A DNA stretch of 64,000 nt, taken from contig CAVZYA010000001.1 of NCBI GenBank assembly GCA_963779415.1, positions 288,001 through 352,000 of the forward strand, given 5' to 3'. Shown in pieces: positions 28,204 to 37,979 of the stretch. This DNA comes from an uncultured Acidobacteriota bacterium. GTDB lineage: Bacteria; Acidobacteriota; Thermoanaerobaculia; UBA5066. Each line of letters starts with the position of its first letter. The first letter of the stretch is position 1. The translations under genes and the position numbers were made by a program. The notes under the pieces are model-generated. The model saw only the letters and a list, made by a program, of their open reading frames with translations, was not told where the DNA came from and ran no database searches.

Positions 28204-28704
28204 CCCGGCGCGGCGCGCGGCGAGATTTTCCCGGTTCCGCTCCTCGGGAAGATCGCCCGGCGTGAATCGGCGGACCAGGATCCGGTCGAGAGAGAGCGTC
28301 CCCGCGCCGAAGGCGGCGAGATAGCCGAGGACGAGAAGGTAGAGGAACTCGACCGTCCCGTAGAGATCGGAGGCGCTCGAGATGTCACCCCTTTTCGCCG
28401 TCAGGAGGGCGACGACCATCGACACCGAGAGAGGCACGGAGACGACCCGCGTGAAGAGCCCCGCGAGGAGGAAGAGGCCGCCCACGAACTCCAGGCTCGC
28501 CACGAACGGAGCCTGAAGCTGCGGTGCGGGGATGCCGAGGCTGCCGAAGTAGTCGATCACCCGCGGGAGGTTGTGGAGCTTTCCCCAGCCGGTCTGGACG
28601 AAGACCGATCCGAGCGCGAGGCGGGCAAGGGTCTGGGGAAGCCACGAGAGGGCTCCGGCCACCCTGAGAACGAACGCGCGGGCGGTTTGAGCGGTCCGGA
28701 TCAT
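28198..28704 (-). CDS. DoxX family membrane protein (BufD-like)
   Basis: RLALG.VF..TGWGKL, EFVGGL.LL.GLFTR, GAG.LSLD; SD AGGAGG. Confidence 0.9.
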   Translation of the reverse strand: MIRTAQTARAFVLRVAGALSWLPQTLARLALGSVFVQTGWGKLHNLPRVIDYFGSLGIPAPQLQAPFVASLEFVGGLFLLAGLFTRVVSVPLSVSMVVALLTAKRGDISSASDLYGTVEFLYLLVLGYLAAFGAGTLSLDRILVRRFTPGDLPEERNRENLAARRAGL

Positions 28705-28952
28705 CGGTCCTCCTGCACTTCTCTGATGCCGTCGAGCGCCCGGAAGTTCCGCAGAAGCCGGGGAATCCGTCACCGCGGCAAACAGACGGGCCGGATCCAA
28801 TTGAGCTTGCGTTTCATTCGCGTCTTTCGCTATCCTTCTTCCATTCGGGGCGGTTTCGTGAGCGAGCATCGGAAGAGGTGAGAAGTCATGGCAGAGCGGC
28901 GCCGTGCGGGCCGCCCTCCGTTTTCAGCCAACCGACCAGGTGTGGAGGAGTC

Positions 28953-30131
28953 ATGAAAACCGTTCGAAGCATCTCGATCGCCGCTTCTCTTCTCGTTATG
29001 GCCTTTCCGCTTCTGGGCCAACCGGGGCCGGGGCAGGGGACGGCGCACGCCGCTGTCCTGGTTCCGGACTCAACTCTTGAGCACGCCGAGGACGTGGGCG
29101 TGCGTGCTCACACGAACCATCTGATCAAGGTCGGCCCGCAGTTCGTCGGGACGTCCCCCGCCGGAGAGACGCCGGCCTCGATCCGGACCGTCTACAACCT
29201 CCCCTCGACCGGCGGCACCAACGTGATCGCGATCGTGGATGCCTTCGATTACGCGACGGCCGAGAACGACCTCGGCGTCTTCTCGAATACGTTCGGACTT
29301 CCTCCGTGCACGAAAGCGAATGGCTGTTTTCAGGTCGTCTATGCCTCGGGAAGGAAGCCGCGGAGCAACTGCGGCTGGGCGCAGGAAGCGGCGCTGGACA
29401 TCGAGTGGGCCCACGCCATGGCGCCGTACGCCAAAATCATCCTCGTGGAAGCCGCCAGCAGCAGTTTCGCCGATCTCTTCAAGGCCGTGGACGTCGCCCG
29501 GAAACTGACGGGAGTCACACAGGTCTCCATGAGCTGGGGCGGGAGCGAGTTCTCGAGCGAGGCCGGCGACGATTCCCACATGCTGCAGACGGGCGTCGTC
29601 TTCTTCGCCTCGAGCGGCGACACCGGCGGAGCGACGATCTATCCCGGGGTTTCGCCGAACGTGGTCTCGGCGGGGGGCACGACGATCCACCGCGACGCGA
29701 GCGGCAACTTCACCGGCGAGACGGGCTGGAGCGGAAGCGGCGGCGGCCCGAGCAAGTACGAGGCGAGGCCTTCGTATCAGGACGGCATCAAGGCCATCGT
29801 CGGGAGCGCGCGCGGCGTGCCGGACTTCTCTTTCGACGCCGATCCGAACAGCGGCGTCTCCGTCTACGACAGCACTCCGTGCCAGGGCCTCAGCGGATGG
29901 CTCGTCTTCGGCGGCACCAGCGTCTCTGCTCCCTCCCTCGCCGGCGTCGTCAACCTGGCCGGCGGCTTTCAGTCCAGCAGCGCGCTCGAGATGGGCCTGA
30001 TCTACGGCAATCTCGGCAACTCGACGGACTTTCGCGACATCACCTCCGGAACCGCCGGCAAGTTCAGCTGTGCCGTCGGCTGGGACTTCGTGACCGGCGT
30101 GGGGAGCGACCAGGGCCTGAGCGGCAAGTAG
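28953..30131 (+). CDS. S53 (sedolisin-like) peptidase, secreted
   Basis: EAALD (Glu-x3-Asp), SSGDTG, GGTSVSAP (Ser), GWDFVTG.G; signal peptide; SD GGAGGAG. Confidence 0.9.
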   Translation: MKTVRSISIAASLLVMAFPLLGQPGPGQGTAHAAVLVPDSTLEHAEDVGVRAHTNHLIKVGPQFVGTSPAGETPASIRTVYNLPSTGGTNVIAIVDAFDYATAENDLGVFSNTFGLPPCTKANGCFQVVYASGRKPRSNCGWAQEAALDIEWAHAMAPYAKIILVEAASSSFADLFKAVDVARKLTGVTQVSMSWGGSEFSSEAGDDSHMLQTGVVFFASSGDTGGATIYPGVSPNVVSAGGTTIHRDASGNFTGETGWSGSGGGPSKYEARPSYQDGIKAIVGSARGVPDFSFDADPNSGVSVYDSTPCQGLSGWLVFGGTSVSAPSLAGVVNLAGGFQSSSALEMGLIYGNLGNSTDFRDITSGTAGKFSCAVGWDFVTGVGSDQGLSGK

Positions 30132-30353
30132 GCTTCGGCTCTCCCCTTCACCGGCCACGGGATCTGCGGGCGGCCATACCCCGGTCTCCCGAGTCGAGGG
30201 CTCGGTCCGAAGAGCGCGGCAGGTTCGCGACCTTGCCGAAGGCTCACGCACGACGAGCCTTGCGGGCGCCATGGAAACTCCATATCCTCCGCCGCGCAAG
30301 TCCGGCCGGTGAACCGTGATTCCCTCATTCCGAGACCTTCCAGGGGGTAGTCC

Positions 30354-31727
30354 ATGACCGAAACGATCGCGTTGTCCGACGGGGCCATCAAGACGCTCGG
30401 CAAGAAGTCGACGATCACCGTCATCGCCGGGAAAGCCCGGGCGCTCGCGGCGAAGAACCCCGATTTCGTCCGGGCCGACACGGGGGAAGTCTGTGCGCCG
30501 GGGCTTTTTCCTCCCGGCTACCGGGAGAGCCTCGAGAAGACGGCCCGCGAGGTGCTGCGCGAAGGACGGATCGGATACTCCGCCCCTGACGGCGACCCGA
30601 AGCTGAAGAAGCTCGTCTTCAAGTATTCCATCGAGGACGACCTGCGCGCCCTGATCCTCGAGCGGCTCCGCGACGAGGCAAAGGCGAGCGGCGCGGACGT
30701 CGCGAAGTACACGGAGGAGAGCCTTCCGAAGTTCGTCTCGATCACCCCGGGGGGCGCAGGGGCGCTCGGCGCGGCCATCGCGGTCTTTTTGACGGAGAAG
30801 AAGAGGTTCTTCGTCGTGAACCAGAGGACATGGCAGAACCACAACCTGATCGTCGACATGCACGGCGGGATGCTCTTCCCCGTTCCGCTCGTCGACGAGC
30901 AGGGGCGCGTCGCCGATCCCGACACGATCCTGAAGCTCTGTCATCCCGTCAGGGAACGGATCGCGGCCTTCCTCTTCACCGAAATCAACAATCCGGACGG
31001 CTCCGTCGTGACGGAAGCCTCCGAGCAGAAGAAGCTCGAGGCTATCGTCCGGGGGCTGGACGTCCCGCTGATCCTCGACGCCGCGTACCACGGGATGGTC
31101 TTCGACGGAAAGAAGACGCAGCCCTTCTCGCCCGACGTTCTCAATAAAACCGTCATCTGCGGCAGCTACTCCAAGTCGCTTCAGATCCCCGGCGAACGGC
31201 TCGGTTACCTCGCCAGCTACGACACACGCGTCGTGAGATACGTCTACTTCTACAACCGCTCCCACAGCGGCTGCCCCTCCGTGACGCCCCAGAACGCGCT
31301 CATGGGGCACCTCTCCCTCAACGAGTCGGCCCCCGGAGTGGTGACGACTTACAACAAGGCTCTCCTTTCGGAGCTGGAGACGCGGAGGAACATCCTCGTC
31401 GAGACGGTGAGGAAAGAGCTCGGCTGGAAGATGAACGCCCCGGGGGGCGCCATCTACGCCGTCATCCCGGTCCCGGGCGACGTCGTGAAGGCGTTCGGCG
31501 ACATCGACGCCTTCTCGATCGGCCTCGTCGAGAGGGGGGGCGTCAGCGCCATTTCCGGGAGCGACTTCGAGTTCCGCCTCCGCGGGCCGGTGGGGCACGA
31601 GGAGATCTACACGCCCCCGCCGACGGATCCGTCCATGCACTACCTCCGGTTCTGCTTCGGTTTCACCCCGACCGACCGCGTCGCGCTGGCCGTCCGGAAC
31701 ATCAAGGCTTTCGTCGCGAGCCGATAG
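30354..31727 (+). CDS. PLP-dependent class I/II aminotransferase (divergent)
   Basis: GYSAPDG, ITPGG, NNPDG, ILDAAY, SYSK(PLP)SLQIPGERLGY, YLRFCF. Confidence 0.88.
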   Translation: MTETIALSDGAIKTLGKKSTITVIAGKARALAAKNPDFVRADTGEVCAPGLFPPGYRESLEKTAREVLREGRIGYSAPDGDPKLKKLVFKYSIEDDLRALILERLRDEAKASGADVAKYTEESLPKFVSITPGGAGALGAAIAVFLTEKKRFFVVNQRTWQNHNLIVDMHGGMLFPVPLVDEQGRVADPDTILKLCHPVRERIAAFLFTEINNPDGSVVTEASEQKKLEAIVRGLDVPLILDAAYHGMVFDGKKTQPFSPDVLNKTVICGSYSKSLQIPGERLGYLASYDTRVVRYVYFYNRSHSGCPSVTPQNALMGHLSLNESAPGVVTTYNKALLSELETRRNILVETVRKELGWKMNAPGGAIYAVIPVPGDVVKAFGDIDAFSIGLVERGGVSAISGSDFEFRLRGPVGHEEIYTPPPTDPSMHYLRFCFGFTPTDRVALAVRNIKAFVASR

Positions 31728-31744
31728 CGAGAGGAGCGGAAGTC

Positions 31745-32854
31745 ATGGAGGTCGACGGCGGAAGGCTCGTCCGGTGGCTCCAGGAGCTGATCCGGATCCC
31801 GAGTGTCACGGGAGACGAAGGGGCGGCCGCGCGTTACGTCGAGGAGGAGCTTCGGCAGCTCGGCTATCGCCCGAGCGTCGAGGCGAACAACGTCTACTTC
31901 GAGACGGGCGAAGGCCCCACCTCCCTTCTCCTCAACTCGCACCTCGACACCGTCGAGCTGGGGAAGGGATGGAAGCGCGACCCGTTCGCCGGACTCCTCG
32001 AGAACGGTAAGGTCTACGGCCGCGGAGCGAGCGACGACAAGGGGAACGTCGCGGCGATGCTGGAGATCGCCCGCCTCGCGAAGGGGCGCAACCTCGGCAA
32101 GCGGCTCCTTTTCACCTTCACCACGGGAGAGGAATTCGGCACGAAACTGGAGGAGAAGGGGAGCTTTCTCCTTTCGAAGCACCTCCGGGCCGACAAGGCA
32201 CTCGTCCTCGAGCCGCAGTTCGACGTGAAGGAGCGGCGCCTCAACATCATCCACGGCTGTCGCGGGATCGAGAACATCAAGGTGCAGATCATGGGGAAGG
32301 GGGCCCACACCGGTTATCCGGAGCGCGGCGTCAACGCCGTCTCGCGCGCCGTCCGGATCCTTTCGAAGATCGAACAGATGGAGTTCCACTCGGTCACGGT
32401 CCCGGGGCAGAAAGTCACGACCGTCTGCATGCCGATCCGGATCGAAGGGGGCGCCGACATGTTCCTCGTCCCGGCCACCTGCGAGATCCTCATCCACGCC
32501 CGGACCGCTCCCGGGGACGGGAGGCTCGTCGTGGACGTCGAGCGTATCTGCCGGGAGGTCTGCGGCTCCGACTTCACGATGACGACCCCTTACAGCGCTC
32601 CCGGGTACGTCGAGAGCCACGAGGACCCCCTCATCGACCTGATCCGGAAAGAATCGTCCGCAGCGGGCTGGGTCACCGAGACCCGGTTCGCCGGCGGCCG
32701 GATCGACGCCGCGATCTTCAGGAACGTCGCCGGGATCCCGTCCTTCTGCACGGGGGTCGGCGACCGCGACCAGATGCACCTGATCGACGAGTTCATCACG
32801 GTAGAAGACTTCGTCACCGGATCCGAGATCCTTAAGAAGATCGTCTTCGCCTGA
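31745..32854 (+). CDS. M20 metallopeptidase (ArgE/DapE family deacylase)
   Basis: NSHLDTV, GRGASDDKG, GEE, LEP, C-terminal MH..DE. Confidence 0.92.
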   Translation: MEVDGGRLVRWLQELIRIPSVTGDEGAAARYVEEELRQLGYRPSVEANNVYFETGEGPTSLLLNSHLDTVELGKGWKRDPFAGLLENGKVYGRGASDDKGNVAAMLEIARLAKGRNLGKRLLFTFTTGEEFGTKLEEKGSFLLSKHLRADKALVLEPQFDVKERRLNIIHGCRGIENIKVQIMGKGAHTGYPERGVNAVSRAVRILSKIEQMEFHSVTVPGQKVTTVCMPIRIEGGADMFLVPATCEILIHARTAPGDGRLVVDVERICREVCGSDFTMTTPYSAPGYVESHEDPLIDLIRKESSAAGWVTETRFAGGRIDAAIFRNVAGIPSFCTGVGDRDQMHLIDEFITVEDFVTGSEILKKIVFA

Positions 32855-32877
32855 GACGATCCGAAGCCGAGGTACGC

Positions 32878-34302
32878 ATGTTCCATGACGTCGACGAAGC
32901 GCTCCGTTACATCAGGGACCGGAAGGTCGCCATGGTGGATCTGAAGACGGCCGACCTCCTCGGCCGCTGGCGGCACATGGTCTACAAGACGGGCCACGAC
33001 GACGAGAAAATCTTCACGAAGGGGACCGGGACGAGTCTCAGCTCCTATCCGGGGTTCAAGACGATCGAGGCCGGCGACATGACGATCAAGCCGGATCCGA
33101 CGACCGGCTTCATGGATCCCTTCGCCGAAGTACCGACCCTCTGCTTCATCTGCGATATCTACAACAACGACGGGTCGCCGTTCGAGCTGGACCCGCGCTA
33201 CGTGGCGCGGAAGGCGGAGAAGTACCTCGGGAAGGTGATGCCCGGAGGCTCCACGCTCTGGGGGCCGGAGCTGGAGTTCTACCTCTTCGACGAGGTCCGG
33301 TACCAGAGCGACATCCAGCAGGCGTTCTACCGCGTCGATTCCGCCGAGTCCTACTGGAACGCCGGAAAGGAAGGGAGCCAGGGCTACAACCTCCCCTTCA
33401 CGAAAGGGAGCCAGGCCGACCTCCCGCGCGACCGGTTCTGCAACCTCCGGTCGCGGATGGTTCAGTACCTCGAAGAGGCCGGCGTCCCGATCAAGTACCA
33501 CCACCACGAGTCGGGCTCGCCCGGCCAGATGGAGATCGAGACTTACTTCACGCCCCTTCTTCAGGCCGGGGACAACGTCTTCAAGATGAAATACATCATC
33601 AAGAACGCCGCCGTTCAGGCCGGGAAGACCGCGACGTTCATGCCGATGCCGCTCTATGCCGAGTCGACGAACGGCATGCACTACCACCAGTACGTCACCG
33701 ACGGGAAGAAGTCGCTCTTCTGGGACGCCAAGGGGTACGGCGGGATGAACAGAGCGGGGCTCTCGTACATCGCCGGCATCCTGTCGCACGTCCAGGCGGT
33801 CCTCTCGCTCACGAACGGCAGCACGAACTCCTACCGCCGCCTGGGGGGCTATCGCGCGGCGCCGAACTACGTCTTCTTCTCCGTCGGAAACCGGACGGCG
33901 GCCATCCGGATCCCGGCATACGCCATCAACGAAAGGGAAGCCCGGGTGGAGTTCCGGATGCCGGACGCCACCGGGAACCCCTATCTCTCCCTCGCCGCGA
34001 TGCTGATGGCGGGGCTGGACGGCGTCGAGAAGGGCCTCGACCCGACGAAGGAGGGCTTCGGCCCCTTCGAGGAGAACTTCAACCTGCAGGAGGTCGTCGA
34101 CAAGCACAAGCTGTCGCGCGCTCCCGACAGCCTTCAGGAAGCGCTCCTCGCCCTCGAGAAGGACCACGCCTTCCTGACGAAGGAGAACGTCTTCCCGGAG
34201 GCGCTCGTCAAGGGATGGATCAATGTGAAGGAGACGCTCGAGATCGCGCCTCTCCTCAAGCGACCCCATCCGTACGAGTACGACCTCTACTACGACCTGT
34301 GA
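32878..34302 (+). CDS. Glutamine synthetase type I-like protein (probable gamma-glutamyl-amine ligase)
   Basis: GPELEFY, HHHE..PGQ.EI, GMHYH, NRTAAIRIP, RVEFRMPD are retained, but FDGSS, KGGY and GYEAP are replaced by TSLSS, KGSQ and GYRAAP. Confidence 0.88.
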   Translation: MFHDVDEALRYIRDRKVAMVDLKTADLLGRWRHMVYKTGHDDEKIFTKGTGTSLSSYPGFKTIEAGDMTIKPDPTTGFMDPFAEVPTLCFICDIYNNDGSPFELDPRYVARKAEKYLGKVMPGGSTLWGPELEFYLFDEVRYQSDIQQAFYRVDSAESYWNAGKEGSQGYNLPFTKGSQADLPRDRFCNLRSRMVQYLEEAGVPIKYHHHESGSPGQMEIETYFTPLLQAGDNVFKMKYIIKNAAVQAGKTATFMPMPLYAESTNGMHYHQYVTDGKKSLFWDAKGYGGMNRAGLSYIAGILSHVQAVLSLTNGSTNSYRRLGGYRAAPNYVFFSVGNRTAAIRIPAYAINEREARVEFRMPDATGNPYLSLAAMLMAGLDGVEKGLDPTKEGFGPFEENFNLQEVVDKHKLSRAPDSLQEALLALEKDHAFLTKENVFPEALVKGWINVKETLEIAPLLKRPHPYEYDLYYDL

Positions 34303-34339
34303 GGCGCCAGGTCGGCCTCGATAAGTGTATGATCAGTGC

Positions 34340-34573
34340 ATGGCCGTCAAGACCATCACGATCGACGTTGAGGCCTACGAGATCCTGGCGCGCAGAAAGC
34401 GGCCCGGTCAGTCGTTCTCCGAGCTCGTCAAGATGGAGTTCGGACGAATCCGGACAGGCCGCGACCTCGCGGCGGCCCTGAACGGCATCCGCCTTTCAGA
34501 AGGGACGCTGGATGCCACGGACCGCCAGATCCGTCGGCGATCTCGGAGTCTCGCCAGAGCGCCGAAACGGTGA
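34340..34573 (+). CDS. vapB: VapB-type antitoxin (DUF217-like)
   Basis: MAVKTITIDVEAYEILARRKRPGQSFSELV; GTGA overlap with the PIN toxin. Confidence 0.85.
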   Translation: MAVKTITIDVEAYEILARRKRPGQSFSELVKMEFGRIRTGRDLAAALNGIRLSEGTLDATDRQIRRRSRSLARAPKR

Positions 34574-34974
34574 TCCACCTCGACACGTCCTTTCTCGTGG
34601 ACCTGATGAGGGAGGCCTCGCGCGGCCGCGTCGGGCCGGCAACGTCCCTCCTCCGGACGCTTCAGAACGAGGAACTGGCAATCAGCATCCACGTCGCGTG
34701 TGAACTCCGTGCGGGAGCCGAGCTTTCGAGCAACCCCGCGGAGGAGCACCTCAAGGTCGAGGCCCTCTGCCGGGGACTGGAGGTCGTCACCCCGGCCGAG
34801 ACGTTCCCGGGGATCTATGGGACTCTCCTCGCGCGTCTCGAACGGCGCGGGGAGAGGATCGCGACGATGGATCTCCTGATCGCCACGGCAGCGGTCGCTT
34901 CGGGAGCATCCCTCGTGACGCGCAATGCTCGGCACTTCGGGAGGATCTCCGAGCTTCGCCTGGCCGCTTACTGA
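34570..34974 (+). CDS. vapC: VapC PIN-domain toxin
   Basis: HLDTSFLVD, EL..G, MDLLIA..A, LVTRNARHF. Confidence 0.92.
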   Translation: MIHLDTSFLVDLMREASRGRVGPATSLLRTLQNEELAISIHVACELRAGAELSSNPAEEHLKVEALCRGLEVVTPAETFPGIYGTLLARLERRGERIATMDLLIATAAVASGASLVTRNARHFGRISELRLAAY

Positions 34975-34992
34975 CTCGTACGGGGGACATGC

Positions 34993-36024
34993 TCAGCGGA
35001 TGACGGCCGAAGGATCGATGGCGACGTTGAAGAGGGCGGGGTCGTACTTGTAGCTGTTCAGGGCATCGGCGGTCTGGGGCGAGACGGTCCGGAGGAGCTT
35101 TCCGAGCGAAGCCTGGACGTCGGCGCCGATCTTCACCTTCGAGACGACCTCGACGGTGACCGACGTCGCGTTGGCGCGCCTCGGTCCTCCTTCGCGTAGG
35201 ACGAGGCTGGCCATGAGCGGATTCGGGTCGATGACGGTGACGCCCGGATAGCCGAGCCCCGCGAAGGTCTTCTTCCAGAGGTCGAGAACGTAGCCGTAGT
35301 GCGTGCAGTTGAGGCTGACGACGAGCGGGCCGGGGTTCGAAGGGAGGCGCCGGATCGCCTCGGCGACGAACGCCCGGACGTACGTCGACGTCTCCTCGCT
35401 GTCGGCCCCGCGCTCGATCGACCCCGCGAGGCGGGGGCACGACTCGCCGACGATGTGGTCGGCCGGAATCCCTTTCTCGACGAGGAGCTTCGGATAGGCG
35501 CCCGATTCGATCGTCGTCTTCGTTCCGAAGATGACGGCGGTTCCCCCCGGATTCTCTTTCATCTTCTCGCCGATCAGGTCGGCGCCCATCCCGACGATCG
35601 GGACGACTTCCGTGCCGCCCGCTTTCGCGTGCTCCGTCTTGTCGTAGAGGACCGAGAGCGTGTTGCAGGCGATGAGGAGGATGTCGGGCCTGTAGCGGCT
35701 CTCCATGGCGTCGAGGGCCGCGTCGAAGACGCGCAGCTTGTCCTTCTCGAGCTTCATGTCGTTGTAGCCGATCGCGTCGTCGAGGAGAGCGTTCACGAAG
35801 ACGATCCGGGCCGACTTCGCGATCCCGCTCGCCGGCAGCTGCGCCGCGAGCTGGGCCACGACGGAGAGCCCGCCGAGCCCCGAGTCGGTCACGACGATGG
35901 TGACGTCGGGACGCTCGCGGACGGCCTCGGCGAAGGTGGCCGGCTTCTTCCCGGCGGTCTGGCATCCGGCAAGGACGAGTGCGGCTGCCGCAAGGAGTGA
36001 ACGGGACCTCGAAAGCCTTCTCAT
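34993..36024 (-). CDS. Asp/Glu racemase family lipoprotein
   Basis: DSGLGGLSV, IACNT, NCTHY (both catalytic Cys) preceded by lipobox LAGC. Confidence 0.85.
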   Translation of the reverse strand: MRRLSRSRSLLAAAALVLAGCQTAGKKPATFAEAVRERPDVTIVVTDSGLGGLSVVAQLAAQLPASGIAKSARIVFVNALLDDAIGYNDMKLEKDKLRVFDAALDAMESRYRPDILLIACNTLSVLYDKTEHAKAGGTEVVPIVGMGADLIGEKMKENPGGTAVIFGTKTTIESGAYPKLLVEKGIPADHIVGESCPRLAGSIERGADSEETSTYVRAFVAEAIRRLPSNPGPLVVSLNCTHYGYVLDLWKKTFAGLGYPGVTVIDPNPLMASLVLREGGPRRANATSVTVEVVSKVKIGADVQASLGKLLRTVSPQTADALNSYKYDPALFNVAIDPSAVIR

Positions 36025-36172
36025 CTCGCTCTCCGGAACGAAAGGATAGAGGATGGCAGAACGGGCCGCCCGACTGATACAGATAGACTAAGGTCGCTCG
36101 AGAAGGATGTATTGCTGATACCGTCGGATCCTCGAAACCGATGGGACCACGCACCCCACAGGGAGAGACCAG

Positions 36173-37939
36173 ATGATCCGTTCGAGGAATCGCATGGGCG
36201 GAAGCCTCGTCGGCCTGCCGGCAGGCGTATCCCTCGCCGTTCTCGTCCTGGCCGCATGGCCGGTCACGGTCTCGGCGCACGCCACGAACTCGAAGCTCCC
36301 GGCAAGCGTCCGTTTCCTGATCGGCGCTGCCGCGCCGCCGAGGTGGGTCGTGTCGGGCCTCGCCTATGCCGCAGGCGTACTGCCGGGATCGTTCTACGTC
36401 TCGGACGTCGTGATCGAGAACCCGAGCACGACGCAGCCGATGAGCCTTTCGCTCGCGCTCGCCGACGGGACGGCCCCCGCCTCCATGGCATGGAAGCCGA
36501 TCCAGCTCTCGCCGATGGAGAGCCGCAGCTTCTCGAACATCCTCCAGAGCTTCTTCGGAAAGGCCGCGGGAGGGCCGGCCACGACGCTCATCGTCAGGGG
36601 CGACTCCCTCCCGACGAACGCGACGCCGGTGATCTGGGCGTCGACGTACAACAACAACGGCGGCGACCCGACGAAGGGAACCTACGGGGTCGCGATTGCG
36701 GCCGTTCCCCTCTCGGCGGCCGTCTCGACCGCTTCGTCCAGGGCTCTCACGGAGATCCCGGGTCTGCGTGACGTTCCGGACTATTCCAGCCGGAGCTCGC
36801 TCGTCGCGTATCCGAACGTCTCCCCGGCCTACACGAACGTCGGGTTCGTGAACCCCGGCAGCGTCCCGGCGACTCTGAAAGTCGACTTCACCTCCTCCAG
36901 CCTCGCGACGATCTCCAAAGAGCTCGGCTCGGAGGTGACCCTGACGCTCAGCCCGAACGAGACGAGGCAGATCACGAAGGCGCTCACGAGACCCGTTCCG
37001 ACCGGAGCGGCGTGGAACGTCATCAGCCAACCGGAGGCAAACTACCTGATGACGGTGAGCGTGGCGGCCGGCGGTATGGTCGTTCCCTACGCTTCGGTCA
37101 AGGACATCGGCTCGTCCGACTCGGTCTTCATGACGAGCGACGGTGCGGTCTCGACGACCTACCGGGTCCCGGCCGTCGTCCGTGCGAACGGCCAGCACGG
37201 GACGGTCTTCCGGAGCCGTCTCGTCCTCTTCAACCCTTCGGGAGCGACGCGCGCCGTGCAGCTCTCCTTCTCATACCTGAAGTGCGTGCGCGGTACCTCC
37301 ACATGCGATCCGCGGAAGGTCGTCGCGGGAAACCTCACGCTCCTCTCCGGGCAGGCGGTCATCTTCGAGGACTTCGTGGGGGAGTGGCTGACCCAAAACG
37401 GCCTCGCCGTCGACGATGGAAGCGACTACACGACGTCGTTCATCGACATCTCGGGCGCCGACCCGAACACCGACCCTCTCCTCGTCCGGGCCGAGACTTA
37501 CAACGCCACGCCGACCGGAAACTTCGGGACGCAGATTCCGGGGTTCGTCGCGTCGATCCACGGGGCCTCGGCGGCGGCCGGAGGACCCGGCAGCCGTCTT
37601 CTGATCCCGCGCGCGGTTCCGAACGGCGGGACCAGCGGCTTCCGGACGAACGTGGCCCTCGTCCTCCTTGCCGGGGCGACCGGTACCGCGAAGGTGCGGC
37701 TCTACCCGAGCGCTGGCGGACTTCCTGCTCTGCCGGACGTCTCTCTCACCGTCACAGCTGCAGAGCCCTTTCTCCAGCGGTCGCTCGAAAACCTCTTTCC
37801 GGCGATCACGTCGTCAGGAGCTGGAAAGAAGTATTCCATCGAGATCGTGGTCACGAGCGGGACGATCGGCGGGTACACGTCGATCAACGACAACGTCACC
37901 GGCGACTCGTCGGTGATCGTGGCCCGCCCGCAGCAATAG
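36173..37939 (+). CDS. Secreted protein with tandem Thermoanaerobaculia-type beta-domains
   Basis: Signal peptide; two repeated modules (YVSDVVIENPS..YTNVGFVN..YASVKD.GSSD and FRSRLVLFNPS..FRTNVALV..YTSINDNVTGD). Confidence 0.7.
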   Translation: MIRSRNRMGGSLVGLPAGVSLAVLVLAAWPVTVSAHATNSKLPASVRFLIGAAAPPRWVVSGLAYAAGVLPGSFYVSDVVIENPSTTQPMSLSLALADGTAPASMAWKPIQLSPMESRSFSNILQSFFGKAAGGPATTLIVRGDSLPTNATPVIWASTYNNNGGDPTKGTYGVAIAAVPLSAAVSTASSRALTEIPGLRDVPDYSSRSSLVAYPNVSPAYTNVGFVNPGSVPATLKVDFTSSSLATISKELGSEVTLTLSPNETRQITKALTRPVPTGAAWNVISQPEANYLMTVSVAAGGMVVPYASVKDIGSSDSVFMTSDGAVSTTYRVPAVVRANGQHGTVFRSRLVLFNPSGATRAVQLSFSYLKCVRGTSTCDPRKVVAGNLTLLSGQAVIFEDFVGEWLTQNGLAVDDGSDYTTSFIDISGADPNTDPLLVRAETYNATPTGNFGTQIPGFVASIHGASAAAGGPGSRLLIPRAVPNGGTSGFRTNVALVLLAGATGTAKVRLYPSAGGLPALPDVSLTVTAAEPFLQRSLENLFPAITSSGAGKKYSIEIVVTSGTIGGYTSINDNVTGDSSVIVARPQQ

Positions 37940-37979
37940 TCGCTCATCCTCGCCAGGAGACCCGGCCCCGTATCGCGGG

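Noticed and set aside
34340-34974. vapBC as a marker of a mobile element
   Set aside because: No integrase, transposase, att repeats or tRNA nearby; it looks like a solitary TA insertion.
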